Notes under the pieces: generated by a model | What the model was told of the DNA's origin: nothing | The model's database searches: none | What the model saw: the letters and a program-made list of their open reading frames with translations, nothing else | DNA from: Dehalococcoidia bacterium | GTDB taxonomy: Bacteria > Chloroflexota > Dehalococcoidia > Plut-88900 | Direction of reading: 5' to 3' | DNA length: 64,000 nucleotides | NCBI GenBank assembly: GCA_965249275.1 | Contig: CBDFLQ010000007.1 | Span: 704,001-768,000 of the forward strand | Shown: positions 31,395-40,559 of the stretch, one piece after another | Layout: each line of letters starts with the position of its first letter | Position numbering within the stretch: the first letter of the stretch is position 1 | Position numbers and translations under genes: made by a program

Positions 31395-32115
31395 AGGATG
31401 TACTCGTTCGGTAGGTTAGCGACACACCGGCCTTTTCTTCAGTCCTCCAGAGGCGGATCCTCCAGAGGCGGATGTTCCATCTTCGATTGTGGGGTTTCGG
31501 TTTCCGTTCTGTCTGTTGGGTTTTGGGAAGGCGATGGAAGACGCTTGCTGGATTCGGCTCCCTATTTTTAGATAATGCGGGCTTGGAGGCGTCCCGGGAA
31601 CGTGGGGACGGGTCTCCGCCGCCGCCTAGACCTGGAAGTATGGTCGGACGTACGGGTCCGTCATCCGTCATAGGCTCCGATGCAGGGTTGGCTGCGCTGT
31701 CCGCCGCAGGCGGGTGCAGGAAGGGGAAAGTCCAGGGTCAGTTCCCCTCGCAGGAGTACGGGGTATCCAGTTCGCCGCCTGTAGCCCGGAGCCGGGAGAC
31801 GGCGGCAGCCCAGTTTATTTGGTAAGCGGACGGAGAGCCGAGCGGGCCTCGGCTACGGGCTGCCCCGTTCCGCTCCATGGGACGAGAGCTCCGAAAGGAG
31901 CCATAGGGACAATTACGGTCCAGGGCGTCTTCCATCGCCTGATGGTCAGGGAAGGGATAGCCGGGGCCCTGGGTAGAGGAGATGGCGGCGTTCGCTTGTG
32001 CCGTGGGGCGGCGTGTGGGCCGCCCTTTGGGATGGGCTTGGACGTTGAGTCCTCGGGGCCGGGTGGGCTTCCCTAGTTTTTGGTACCTCCTTAAGGTGGG
32101 TGTCGGGTCTAGACT
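31395..32115 (-). ncRNA. Candidate large structured ncRNA, copy B
   Basis: Closely homologous to 47800-48465 over ~530 nt; 16-bp perfect IR AGGCGATGGAAGACGC (31529-31544) / 31925-31940; no ORF conserved between the copies. Confidence 0.6.
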
Positions 32116-32121
32116 GGCCCC

Positions 32122-32164
32122 ATAATAGAACAAATGTCTTAAGCGGTCAAGGGGGTGATGTCAC
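32122..32164 (-). promoter_or_regulatory. Sigma70-type promoter with LexA-like box (copy B)
   Basis: Minus strand GTGACATCACCCCC-TTGACC-N17-TATTAT; box GAACAAATGTCT at 32128-32139. Confidence 0.65.
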
Positions 32165-32271
32165 CCTCTATGTGAACGGGATAAAAGCATGTACGGCCAT
32201 AACCTCGTGATATCATGTCCTAAGTTCCGCACTACATCGTTGCACTCAATTACAAATGGAGGTCTACGCGC

Positions 32272-33552
32272 ATGGTCTTGGGCTGGCTAACGGTGGAGGA
32301 AGCCCTCGAAAAGATTCTTGGTTACGTCGACCTGCTTGAGGTAGAGGAAAAGCCACTTTTGGACTGCCTGGGACAGGTGTTGGTTGAGGACGCGGTCTCC
32401 GAGTTCTCCATCCCGCCAAGGGATAACACCGCCATGGACGGTTACGCTGTCCGATGGGATGACATCCAGCGCGCAAGCCCCGAGTCTCCAATCACTCTGA
32501 AAGTAATCGAGGAACTGCCCGCTGGCAAGATCGCCGAGAAATCTGTTTCCGAGGGTCTTGCCGTCAGGATCATGACCGGCGCCGCCATGCCTGACGGCGC
32601 CGACACCATAGTCCCCTTCGAGGACACTGACGAGGAAGACCAGAAGTCGGCATCCGGGAGGGGAGGCGTAGAGCATATCGATATACGCAAGGCGTGGAGC
32701 ATCGGCTCCAACATCCGGCGTGCAGGGGAGGACGTGGTGCCGGGCACAGTGATAGTCAAGGCCGGCGCAACCCTAAGGCCTGCAGAAATAGGGGTTCTCG
32801 CCTCGTTGGGCAAGCCCACGGCAAAGGTGTATCGAAAGCCGGTGGTCTCCGTCCTGGCCACGGGAGACGAACTGCTGGAAGTCGGAGAGCCCCTTGTCCC
32901 GGGCAAGATCTACAACAGCAACAACTACAGCGTGGCATCTCTGGTGCTGCGCTATGGCGGCGTGCCCAAGGTGCTCGGAATTGCACAGGACAACATGGAG
33001 TCGCTGAAGTCCAAGATAGCCGAGGGCGTGAACGCCGATATGGTGATCACCTCGGCGGGAGTGTCCAAAGGCGACTACGACATCGTAAAGGACGTCCTGG
33101 CACAGGAAGGCGAGATCGCCTTCTGGATGGTGAAGATGAAACCCGCCCGACCCCTGGCCTTTGGCTTGCTAAAGACCCGGGACACGTCGGGGCGGATGCG
33201 GCAGGTGCCTCATCTGGGCCTGCCGGGCAATCCCGTCAGCTCCATGATCGCGTTCGAGCAGTTCGGTAGACCCGCGTTGCTGAAGATGCAGGGCAAGAAG
33301 GACCTCGACAAGCCCACGGTGGACGCTGTCATGGAAGACTCAATCGTAAACACTGACGCACGTCGGATTTTCGCCCGGGCAGTAGTCACCCGGCGGGATG
33401 GGCAATACTACGCCCGGACCACTGGCCCCCAGGGCTCCGGCATCCTGACTTCGATGTCCTTGGCCAACGGCTTGGCCATAGTGCCCGAGGATGTGGAGTC
33501 CGTAGACAAAGGTGACGTAGTTAAAGTGCAGATGCTGGACTGGGGGCTGTAA
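32272..33552 (+). CDS. moeA: Molybdopterin molybdenumtransferase
   Basis: AMDGYAV, RIMTGA, NIRRAGED, ATGDEL, GVSKGDYD, LPGNPVS, QGSGILTS. Confidence 0.96.
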   Translation: MVLGWLTVEEALEKILGYVDLLEVEEKPLLDCLGQVLVEDAVSEFSIPPRDNTAMDGYAVRWDDIQRASPESPITLKVIEELPAGKIAEKSVSEGLAVRIMTGAAMPDGADTIVPFEDTDEEDQKSASGRGGVEHIDIRKAWSIGSNIRRAGEDVVPGTVIVKAGATLRPAEIGVLASLGKPTAKVYRKPVVSVLATGDELLEVGEPLVPGKIYNSNNYSVASLVLRYGGVPKVLGIAQDNMESLKSKIAEGVNADMVITSAGVSKGDYDIVKDVLAQEGEIAFWMVKMKPARPLAFGLLKTRDTSGRMRQVPHLGLPGNPVSSMIAFEQFGRPALLKMQGKKDLDKPTVDAVMEDSIVNTDARRIFARAVVTRRDGQYYARTTGPQGSGILTSMSLANGLAIVPEDVESVDKGDVVKVQMLDWGL

Positions 33553-33564
33553 ATACTCCCGTCG

Positions 33565-33858
33565 TTATCCCACCCGGAACCCATAATAGGTACCCTTGGC
33601 AGGGGACCAGGAGACTTCTACTGCGTCTACCATTGCATCCGGCGGCCCGACGTGAAGTTGGCATAAAAGGACTTCCAAATCAGATCTGGCCCCTTCAGCA
33701 ACGACTTCCACAGATCGACCATCGCCACGATTGTAGGCATATCCGGTCAATCCCAACTCATTAGCCGCCTCTTGAACGAAGTAACGGAAGAACACCCCCT
33801 GCACCCGACCCCTGACAATGGCAGTAAGCCTTGCACTCTCTCCAGGTTTCTCATCCAT
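33565..33858 (-). CDS. acyP: Acylphosphatase
   Basis: VRGRVQGVFFR, GYAYN..DG.SVEVVAEG, GPP. Confidence 0.93.
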   Translation of the reverse strand: MDEKPGESARLTAIVRGRVQGVFFRYFVQEAANELGLTGYAYNRGDGRSVEVVAEGARSDLEVLLCQLHVGPPDAMVDAVEVSWSPAKGTYYGFRVG

Positions 33859-33991
33859 AGAGATAGTCTAGCTGCCAGCGTGCAGGTGCGTGTAGGGGCC
33901 GGGTCAAGTATGGAACACCGCATCCACAAATCGCCTTGCGTGCCTAAAAAGGCCAAGTCTATAATTGGGCTTGTCGGCGGAGGGGGGACAA

Positions 33992-34579
33992 GTGAAGCGA
34001 CAACGCCTTACGGCTGATCGGTTCGAGCGCCTGGGCACCGACAAGCTGGGCGACGACGTACTTCGGAGAAAGGTCCGATCTCATCATCCGCTTAGGCTAA
34101 GACCTAGGCTGCCAGGGGTGCTGAATTTTTGGAAGGTGGTTTTCACCGAGACCCCCTTGCTACTTTCCTTGTCCGTCGTTGCTTTCCTAGCAGGTTTGGT
34201 GGCTACGCTGATTTACTTCCTGGAGAGAGACAGCAACGCCAACGTAGATGGATTCGTGGACGCACTGTGGTGGGCAATCTTCACTATGCAGACCCACGGC
34301 AACAACTGGAGACCCGACACTTTCTGGGGAAGCGTAGTAGGGGGCGCATGGTCGATCATCGGTACCATAATCTTTTACGGAGCAATCATCGCCAGCGTGA
34401 CGGTATTCTTCATGCGCAGGCGGGAGCGCACGGAAGTTGAACTGATAACCACAATCAAGCGAAACTTGGAAGACCTTGACAAACTAAGTATGGAGGAACT
34501 GGAACTCCTCCGGGAGTCAACCAACAACCTGGTGGGGCTGCACATTGAGCAGTTGAAAATGCGCAACCCGAACAGGTGA
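33992..34579 (+). CDS. KcsA-like 2-TM ion channel with atypical selectivity filter
   Basis: TM1, DALWWAIFTMQTHGNN pore helix/filter, P.TFWG, TM2, C-terminal coiled coil; GTG start after GGAGG. Confidence 0.8.
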   Translation: MKRQRLTADRFERLGTDKLGDDVLRRKVRSHHPLRLRPRLPGVLNFWKVVFTETPLLLSLSVVAFLAGLVATLIYFLERDSNANVDGFVDALWWAIFTMQTHGNNWRPDTFWGSVVGGAWSIIGTIIFYGAIIASVTVFFMRRRERTEVELITTIKRNLEDLDKLSMEELELLRESTNNLVGLHIEQLKMRNPNR

Positions 34580-34623
34580 TGAGGGCGCCACCTAAGTGGC
34601 TCTGCGAGTTAAAATAGCAAGCA

Positions 34624-35058
34624 ATGATATATAGACGAATCATGGTAGCGGTGGACGGCAATACCGCCGACGAGGAGGCCATTGCACTGGCGTGCAGCTT
34701 CGCACAGGAGAGCAACGGCGCAGTGTTCGTCCTATACGTCATTGAGGTGCCCTGGTCCTATCCCCTGGACGCCGAGATGGGGCTGGAGGTGCGCAAAGCC
34801 GAGGCCGTACTGGACTATATGGAGAGCGTGGCCAAAAGCCAGCACACCTCCGTCCAGACCGAGGTTGTGCAAGCACGAAACGCCGGGCTGGGGGTGGTCA
34901 AGGCCGCCAGCGACAGGCGAATCGACCTCGTCGTGATGAACACCCTATATGAAAGAAAGTATGGCGAGTTCACACTCGGCAGTGCCGCGCCCTACGTGCT
35001 GGAGAACGCCACGTGCCACGTGTGGCTTTACCGTGGCCCTATGAACGGGGCAGGGTAG
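34624..35058 (+). CDS. Universal stress protein
   Basis: YRRIMVAVDG, DLVVM, LGSAAPYVLENATCHV. Confidence 0.9.
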   Translation: MIYRRIMVAVDGNTADEEAIALACSFAQESNGAVFVLYVIEVPWSYPLDAEMGLEVRKAEAVLDYMESVAKSQHTSVQTEVVQARNAGLGVVKAASDRRIDLVVMNTLYERKYGEFTLGSAAPYVLENATCHVWLYRGPMNGAG

Positions 35059-35115
35059 CAGGGCGCCCGGGTCCTGCCTCAGCCCACAAAGTAGGATCGC
35101 AATGAACCTTGGGAA

Positions 35116-35520
35116 TTGGACATGAATGTAGTTATCGTCGGGTGCGGCAGAGTCGGAGGAAGGCTGGGAACGGTCCTGGATGCCGAGGGGCATAAGGTTA
35201 CGGTCATGGATGTTGACGAGGACAGTTTCCGTTTTCTGGGGCCCGGATTTCGCGGTAACGCTTTAATCGGGGACGGGACCGACGACGACGATCTGGCGCG
35301 GGCAGACATTGATGATACGGATGTTTTCGTCGCCGCCACCCGGGAGGACAATTGCAACCTGCTGGCGTCCCAAAAGGCGAAGACTCAATTCAAAGTCCCC
35401 AAGGTGGTGTGCAGGCTGCATGACCCGATCCAGAAAGACCTGTTCCGGGATTTGGGCCTCGAGACTATCAGCCCGACCACGGTGACCGTGGAACTCCTCA
35501 GAGACGCCATAGAGAGGTAG
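35116..35520 (+). CDS. trkA: TrkA-family RCK-N-only protein
   Basis: IVGCGRVG, GDGTD, T.EDNCNL. Confidence 0.85.
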   Translation: MDMNVVIVGCGRVGGRLGTVLDAEGHKVTVMDVDEDSFRFLGPGFRGNALIGDGTDDDDLARADIDDTDVFVAATREDNCNLLASQKAKTQFKVPKVVCRLHDPIQKDLFRDLGLETISPTTVTVELLRDAIER

Positions 35521-35530
35521 GCCCGTAGAG

Positions 35531-36211
35531 TTGTACATCTTGCTGGTCGGAGGGAGTTCGGTCGCATACCATTTGGCCAAGAACCTGCTCGCACGGTCCC
35601 ATGAGGTGCTGATAATAGAACAGGAACGGGAACGCAGCGCTGAGCTCGGTAGAGATCTGGGGGACGTGGTGTTGCGGGGGGACGGGTGCGAGGCGACTGT
35701 GTTGGAGGCCGCCGGCGCATCTCGTGCAGATACCCTGATCGCCACAACCGGCCAGGACAAGGATAACCTCACGGCTTGTCAGGTTGCCAAGACCAGGTTC
35801 CGGGTATCTCGCACAATTGCGATAGTTAACGACCCGCGTAATGAGTCCCTATTCAAGAAACTGGGCGTGGACGTCACCATCAGCATAACTCGCCTGATAC
35901 TCTCATACATAGAACACCAGCTTCCTGATCAGGCCTCCGTACCGCTGTTGGACTTTGACGCTTCGGGAGCTGCACTTGTGTCTGTAAAGATACCAAGCGA
36001 CCTCGACATCCAAAGTAGACGTATCGGGGATCTCAACCTTCCATCAGGGACGTTCATATCCTTGATCATAAACAAAGAGGGTGTGCCGATGGCGCCGAGT
36101 CCCGATCTGGTGCTCAACGAGCATGACGAGGTTATCGCGGTAACTGCGACGGAAGACGAGGAGATGCTGCGTTCAGCTCTCTTCGGGGATAATTCCTCGG
36201 ATGGCGTATGA
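35531..36211 (+). CDS. trkA: TrkA-family RCK-N + RCK-C protein
   Basis: GDGCE, TTGQDKDNL, VNDPRN..LF.KLGVD; C-terminal RCK-C domain. Confidence 0.85.
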   Translation: MYILLVGGSSVAYHLAKNLLARSHEVLIIEQERERSAELGRDLGDVVLRGDGCEATVLEAAGASRADTLIATTGQDKDNLTACQVAKTRFRVSRTIAIVNDPRNESLFKKLGVDVTISITRLILSYIEHQLPDQASVPLLDFDASGAALVSVKIPSDLDIQSRRIGDLNLPSGTFISLIINKEGVPMAPSPDLVLNEHDEVIAVTATEDEEMLRSALFGDNSSDGV

Positions 36212-37035
36212 GTAAGCGTCTGGGTTACCTGGGCCCCCGAGGCACCTTCACCGAGGAGGCTGCCATCCTATATGACCCTCACGCCAACTTTGTGCCACTG
36301 CCATCGATATCAGCCGTGGGATCGGCTGTGGTATCAGGAATGGTCGAAGAAGGAGTGGTTGCCATCGAGAACAGTATCGAGGGCTCGGTGACCGACACAC
36401 TGGACCTGCTCATTCATGGCTCTCAACTGGCCATAAGATATGAGCTAGTTCTTCCCATACGCCACTGTTTGCTGGTGCTTCCCGGCGCCCAGGCCAACGA
36501 CATCAAGGTGGTCTATTCCCATCCGCAAGCGCTCGGTCAGAGCCGGGGATTCCTGGAGAGGTGCTTTCCCAAAGCCCAGATGGAAGCGGCCCTCAGCACT
36601 GCCGCAGGCGTTGAGGAAGTTAAGAAGAGCGACGGATCTGTGGCTGCTGTAGCCACAAGACGAGCGGCAGACATTTACGGCGTCCACGTGCTTGCTTCGG
36701 ACATTCAGGAGACGATGAACAACGAGACGCGGTTCGTGGTGCTGGCGTCGGGAGATAATTCTCCTACCGGGTCGGACCGCACGTCCCTCTGTTTCTCGTT
36801 CGATGAGGACAGGCCGGGGGCCTTGGTGGAGGTGCTGAGTGAGTTCGCCCAAAGGGACATCAATCTAAGCAAGATCCATTCCCGCCCCTCCAAGGATGCG
36901 CTTGGCCGCTACATCTTCCTGGTGGACCTGTACGGACACAGGGAGGACACGCTGGTGTCCGAGGCGTTAGATCGGGTGGAACGGATAACTTCCCGGTTCA
37001 GAGTGTTCGGCTCTTACCCACGTTTCTCTGAATAG
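36208..37035 (+). CDS. pheA: Prephenate dehydratase
   Basis: YLGPRGTFTE, IENSIEGSV, SHPQALGQ, NETRF, ACT domain INLSKIHSRP. Confidence 0.96.
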   Translation: MSKRLGYLGPRGTFTEEAAILYDPHANFVPLPSISAVGSAVVSGMVEEGVVAIENSIEGSVTDTLDLLIHGSQLAIRYELVLPIRHCLLVLPGAQANDIKVVYSHPQALGQSRGFLERCFPKAQMEAALSTAAGVEEVKKSDGSVAAVATRRAADIYGVHVLASDIQETMNNETRFVVLASGDNSPTGSDRTSLCFSFDEDRPGALVEVLSEFAQRDINLSKIHSRPSKDALGRYIFLVDLYGHREDTLVSEALDRVERITSRFRVFGSYPRFSE

Positions 37036-37093
37036 GCTCGACTTGCCTGCATGCTAGGCAAGTACCGCTATACACCAAAAGGGAAACTCCGGG

Positions 37094-37351
37094 TCATTCC
37101 TGCTCCTCAGGCACTGCTCCCCTGCGACGTTTCACCATCTCATCCAGCTCGGAAACCTTCTCGGCTGCAGCCTTCTTTCCAACAGTGATGGCCCCGTCGA
37201 TGCGCGCCTTGAGCTCCTTCTGGAAGGTTGGGCCCGAGGCCTCGGGGGCCTGACCGTTTTCTCCCTGGTGTTGGAACTGTGGCGCTGTCGCTAAGACAAT
37301 CGTAGCTCCAGCTGCGCCACCCATTAAGAAACCTATGATGAAAGCAAACAT
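37094..37351 (-). CDS. YtxH-like small membrane-anchored protein
   Basis: FIIGFLMGGAAGA..L..AP N-terminus; adjacent to a DUF948-like gene. Confidence 0.65.
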   Translation of the reverse strand: MFAFIIGFLMGGAAGATIVLATAPQFQHQGENGQAPEASGPTFQKELKARIDGAITVGKKAAAEKVSELDEMVKRRRGAVPEEQE

Positions 37352-37447
37352 GACAATAACCTCTTTTGCTTTAGAGAAAATGCCGGGACGCGGTTCCCTG
37401 TGGACCAATTGAAGGCGGCATAGTTCGCCGTAGTCGGTCCAGCGCTA

Positions 37448-37744
37448 TTACCTGGAAAACTTGCTGAGAAAGGACAACGCCTTTTTGGCGCCTGCAGCCA
37501 TGCCCCACGTCTTGATGAGTGGTTTCACCACCGCATCCGTGATCATGGTGGATGTAGCGGCGACGTTTCCCAAGGTGACCCGGGTATTTTCCAAGTTACC
37601 CTTGGCAGACTCTATCAATCCACCCATCTTGCGGTAGAAGAGGAAGGCAATCAGGATCAAGAGAACGACGAGCAAGGTTCCAATACCAAAAAAGACGATT
37701 AAAACTACGTCCCTGATCGCGCCCAGAACTAGCAGGTCCAGCAA
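37448..37744 (-). CDS. Single-TM hypothetical protein (DUF948-like)
   Basis: AGGAGG RBS and TTG start; long TM helix followed by an amphipathic helix. Confidence 0.7.
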   Translation of the reverse strand: MLDLLVLGAIRDVVLIVFFGIGTLLVVLLILIAFLFYRKMGGLIESAKGNLENTRVTLGNVAATSTMITDAVVKPLIKTWGMAAGAKKALSFLSKFSR

Positions 37745-38364
37745 CTATGTCCTCCTTAGATGCTCGGCGAGATGGTAGCACACGCCTATAGGCGCCGCAA
37801 TCTGGGCCTTTTGTCATGGAAAAGATTTATTCTCATTGTTGAGCAATGCAGCACACTGATAGACATTTGAGAGCATCAGATGGGAGGTTTTCCGATCCCC
37901 AATAGCATTTGAGGCGCAGGAAGGCTCGACGGTTGCTATGTCTCCTGTCAAAAGCCGGCTGTACCACATAAACCAATCAAGCCGTTAGAAGCAGGCAACC
38001 AAAATGCGCTACTGCCTTTAGTGCCGCCCCAAAACACCGATAGTGTCAAAAGGGCTACTAATGAACCAGCGCATTGAAGTGTGCATATGAATAACGCAAT
38101 TTATCAGGAGATACACCTGACGAGTCGAATGCGCCGAATCAATTGACGTTACGCTATTGGTTTGCAGGGAGCCCGACTACGAGTTAATAGTCCGCCCGGC
38201 AACCAAGTCAGCAAAACAAGGGCTCCGTGGCGTGCCAGGAGATGCGCCCAAGAGTTAGTGCGCAAGGGCACTGCCTGCTAGGCTTCGATTAACCCGCGTT
38301 TATCAACATTTTGACATCGCGGGTGATCGGGCCAGGTGTGTTTACGGTTGCCGAAGGATAGACC

Positions 38365-38574
38365 CTAGCGGACTCTAGGCATGTGACCTACGCCACTGCC
38401 AATGGGCTCGTTGATGAATACGTCGCCGTTGCGGATCTTCAGGTTATATCCACACTTGGGATTGCTGCATACCCATGCTTTATAGCGTATGGGAGCGCCC
38501 TGTCCACCGAAATCCGAAAGCGGCAACAGGTCGCCGCTATTGCATGCTTGACAAGTAGGAAATGATTCAGACAC
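38365..38574 (-). CDS. Small zinc-ribbon-like protein
   Basis: CQAC...LLPLSD.G..GAPIRYKAWVCSNPKCG; purine-rich RBS and GTG start. Confidence 0.75.
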   Translation of the reverse strand: MSESFPTCQACNSGDLLPLSDFGGQGAPIRYKAWVCSNPKCGYNLKIRNGDVFINEPIGSGVGHMPRVR

Positions 38575-38787
38575 CTCTCTCCCCCTCCACATTGTTAATT
38601 TTTTTACAAAGTGCTGTGACCCAAATATAACACCTGCCTAGGCAGTTTTCAAGCTAGTTAGGGGATGGGCACATCTCCCTCCCATTCAATACTGGAAGAA
38701 GGAATCGGCAACAGACAGTAGAGCGCTCTTATTCAGTACCGAGGGAATAACAGCCGACCAAGCGTTATGGTTAACCCAAGAGAGGCC

Positions 38788-39366
38788 CTAGGCCCGCGGA
38801 GGAGTGCGTGCGATGGCGTCCCGGACTTCGGGGTAAGCGTGCTTGGTCATACGAGCCGGGAGCTTAGGCTTGGGGCCATCGTCATCTACTTTGAGGCAGA
38901 CCAGGGTCGGGCCCGGTTTCTCCAGAATTTCTGGCAGCGCGAGGGAGAACTCCTCCACCCCGTCGAACTCGAAGACGTTAGGGTAGCCCGCAGCCTTCGC
39001 CAAGCCCGTGAAGGAGAATTTCTCTGCACCCGGAAGGGGCTGCGCCCCGCTCAGGCCATAGACGTTGTTCTGGTATACGAAGTGAATAAAGTTCGGGGGG
39101 GCCATGTTGGCTATCGTAACCAGAGACCCGAGATTCATCAAAAGGCTGCCATCCGAGTCAACTACCTGCACCTTAAGGTCCGGCCTCCCCAACGCCACGC
39201 CGAGACCTATGGAGGACGCCTTGCTCATCGAGTTGATCAGGGGCAGGTGGAACTCCCGCCGGTCTGATATCGAGTCCCAGATAGTGAAAGGTGTCTCCGT
39301 AGTGATCATCACGGAGTCGCCCTGGTGACGGGAAATTATTTTGAGGGCCTCTATGCCGGGGATCAT
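38788..39366 (-). CDS. TPP-dependent decarboxylase beta subunit (ComE / sulfo- or phosphonopyruvate decarboxylase-like)
   Basis: SMSKASSIGLGVAL, DSDGSLLMNLG...NN TPP motif. Confidence 0.85.
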   Translation of the reverse strand: MIPGIEALKIISRHQGDSVMITTETPFTIWDSISDRREFHLPLINSMSKASSIGLGVALGRPDLKVQVVDSDGSLLMNLGSLVTIANMAPPNFIHFVYQNNVYGLSGAQPLPGAEKFSFTGLAKAAGYPNVFEFDGVEEFSLALPEILEKPGPTLVCLKVDDDGPKPKLPARMTKHAYPEVRDAIARTPPRA

Positions 39367-39872
39367 CCCTGTTGGTACTCCGCTCCAATGAGCACGGCCA
39401 CGGGCATCGATCTTTCCTGGGTCTCCGCATAGGCCTGGGATATTCGGCTCACGTCTTCGTCCGTCTCGATCAAATGGTAGTCAATACCCCAAGCTCCCAG
39501 TACCGGTTCCAGGTAGGTGGCTGCGGAGTCAACTATGGGACCCTCCCGCTTGAACCCTCGGTAGCCAATGAATATGAGGAGAGGGAGGCCGACGTCCAAG
39601 GCCAGACCACGCACCGCGTCGCCCGACTCGTAGAAGCCGGTGCTCTGGATCATGCACACAGGTTTCTGCCCGCCAAGGATAAGGCCCATAGCAATTGGTA
39701 TCGCCTCGCCCTCTCGACAGACGGGCACTAGCTTGATGTCGGGGTCCGAGGATACGGCATCGTAGAGGAATCGGCTCTCGGTGTCGGGGAGCCAGACTAC
39801 GTGGCTGACACCCAGTTTCTTGAGCTCGCCGAGGATGGCGGCTGGGGTAAGCGTCTTCTCGGTAATAATCAT
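39363..39872 (-). CDS. TPP-dependent decarboxylase alpha subunit (ComD-like)
   Basis: VWLPD, VCREGEAI, MIQSTG, IGYRG; overlaps the beta subunit gene (ATGA). Confidence 0.85.
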   Translation of the reverse strand: MIITEKTLTPAAILGELKKLGVSHVVWLPDTESRFLYDAVSSDPDIKLVPVCREGEAIPIAMGLILGGQKPVCMIQSTGFYESGDAVRGLALDVGLPLLIFIGYRGFKREGPIVDSAATYLEPVLGAWGIDYHLIETDEDVSRISQAYAETQERSMPVAVLIGAEYQQG

Positions 39873-39908
39873 AGCAGCAGAGATGTTAACACACGTAGAA
39901 GTTGGGCC

Positions 39909-40277
39909 CTAGCCCGAGGAAATGATGGCCCGTCTGTGGGAGGCAACCCCGATCTTCTTGTCGCCTTCAGAGGCTTCGATGGAATAGGTAAGCTTATTCT
40001 TATCGACCCCTGTGAGCTCGGCGCGGACAGTGACCTTCCCGCCAATCAACGTGGGTGCGATGTGCCGGAGCCCGTCCACTGCGAAGCCGACGGTAGTGAA
40101 TCCCTTGGGCAGCATGTGGTCAGTGGCCTTGATGCTGGTGTCCTCCATCAAGCCGAGAAGCGCGGGAGTGGAAAGGACATCCGCTCCCTCCTTGCCGGTG
40201 CGGTTGGTAGTCATCTCCTTGTCAACGGTAATGACCTGTTCAGCGCTCAGGCCGGGTTGTAGCATGCTCGTGTCCAT
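39909..40277 (-). CDS. Fluoroacetyl-CoA thioesterase-like hot-dog protein
   Basis: VLSTPALLGLME, TTVG, RHIAPT, H.RAI. Confidence 0.85.
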   Translation of the reverse strand: MDTSMLQPGLSAEQVITVDKEMTTNRTGKEGADVLSTPALLGLMEDTSIKATDHMLPKGFTTVGFAVDGLRHIAPTLIGGKVTVRAELTGVDKNKLTYSIEASEGDKKIGVASHRRAIISSG

Positions 40278-40345
40278 AGTGTTGCTCAGTCTCCCTGGGG
40301 GTTATTTGGCCCGACGGCTATATTACAACACGCGGGCCTCGTTCC

Positions 40346-40546
40346 CTAACCGCCGCTATCCCACCTACGCCGGTAAAACAGGTATGCGGCAATCAATGAC
40401 ACGGGGATGAGCAAAATGATGGCTCCGAGTCCAAGCACCGCCGGCCATCCATCTATGCCGAACATGGTGTCGAGGCGGTGCAAGATGGCTTCCAGGAGGT
40501 CGGGGTCTATGGCGCCTTCGTGATGTGCCAGAATGATCGAGAGCAT
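40346..40546 (-). CDS. Small membrane protein
   Basis: 66 aa with a C-terminal TM helix; co-oriented in the operon. Confidence 0.6.
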   Translation of the reverse strand: MLSIILAHHEGAIDPDLLEAILHRLDTMFGIDGWPAVLGLGAIILLIPVSLIAAYLFYRRRWDSGG

Positions 40547-40559
40547 TGAGAGAGGGTTA

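Noticed and set aside
31529-31940. MITE/IS with terminal inverted repeats
   Set aside because: No target-site duplication or transposase is seen, and homology continues well beyond the IR into the leader and promoter. Kept only as an alternative hypothesis.
31738-32133. ORFs inside copies B and C (131 aa, 97 aa, 72 aa, etc.)
   Set aside because: Frames are broken by indels and stops between the two homologous copies.
32165-32270. Moco riboswitch upstream of moeA
   Set aside because: No recognisable conserved stems; the region is short and mostly unstructured.
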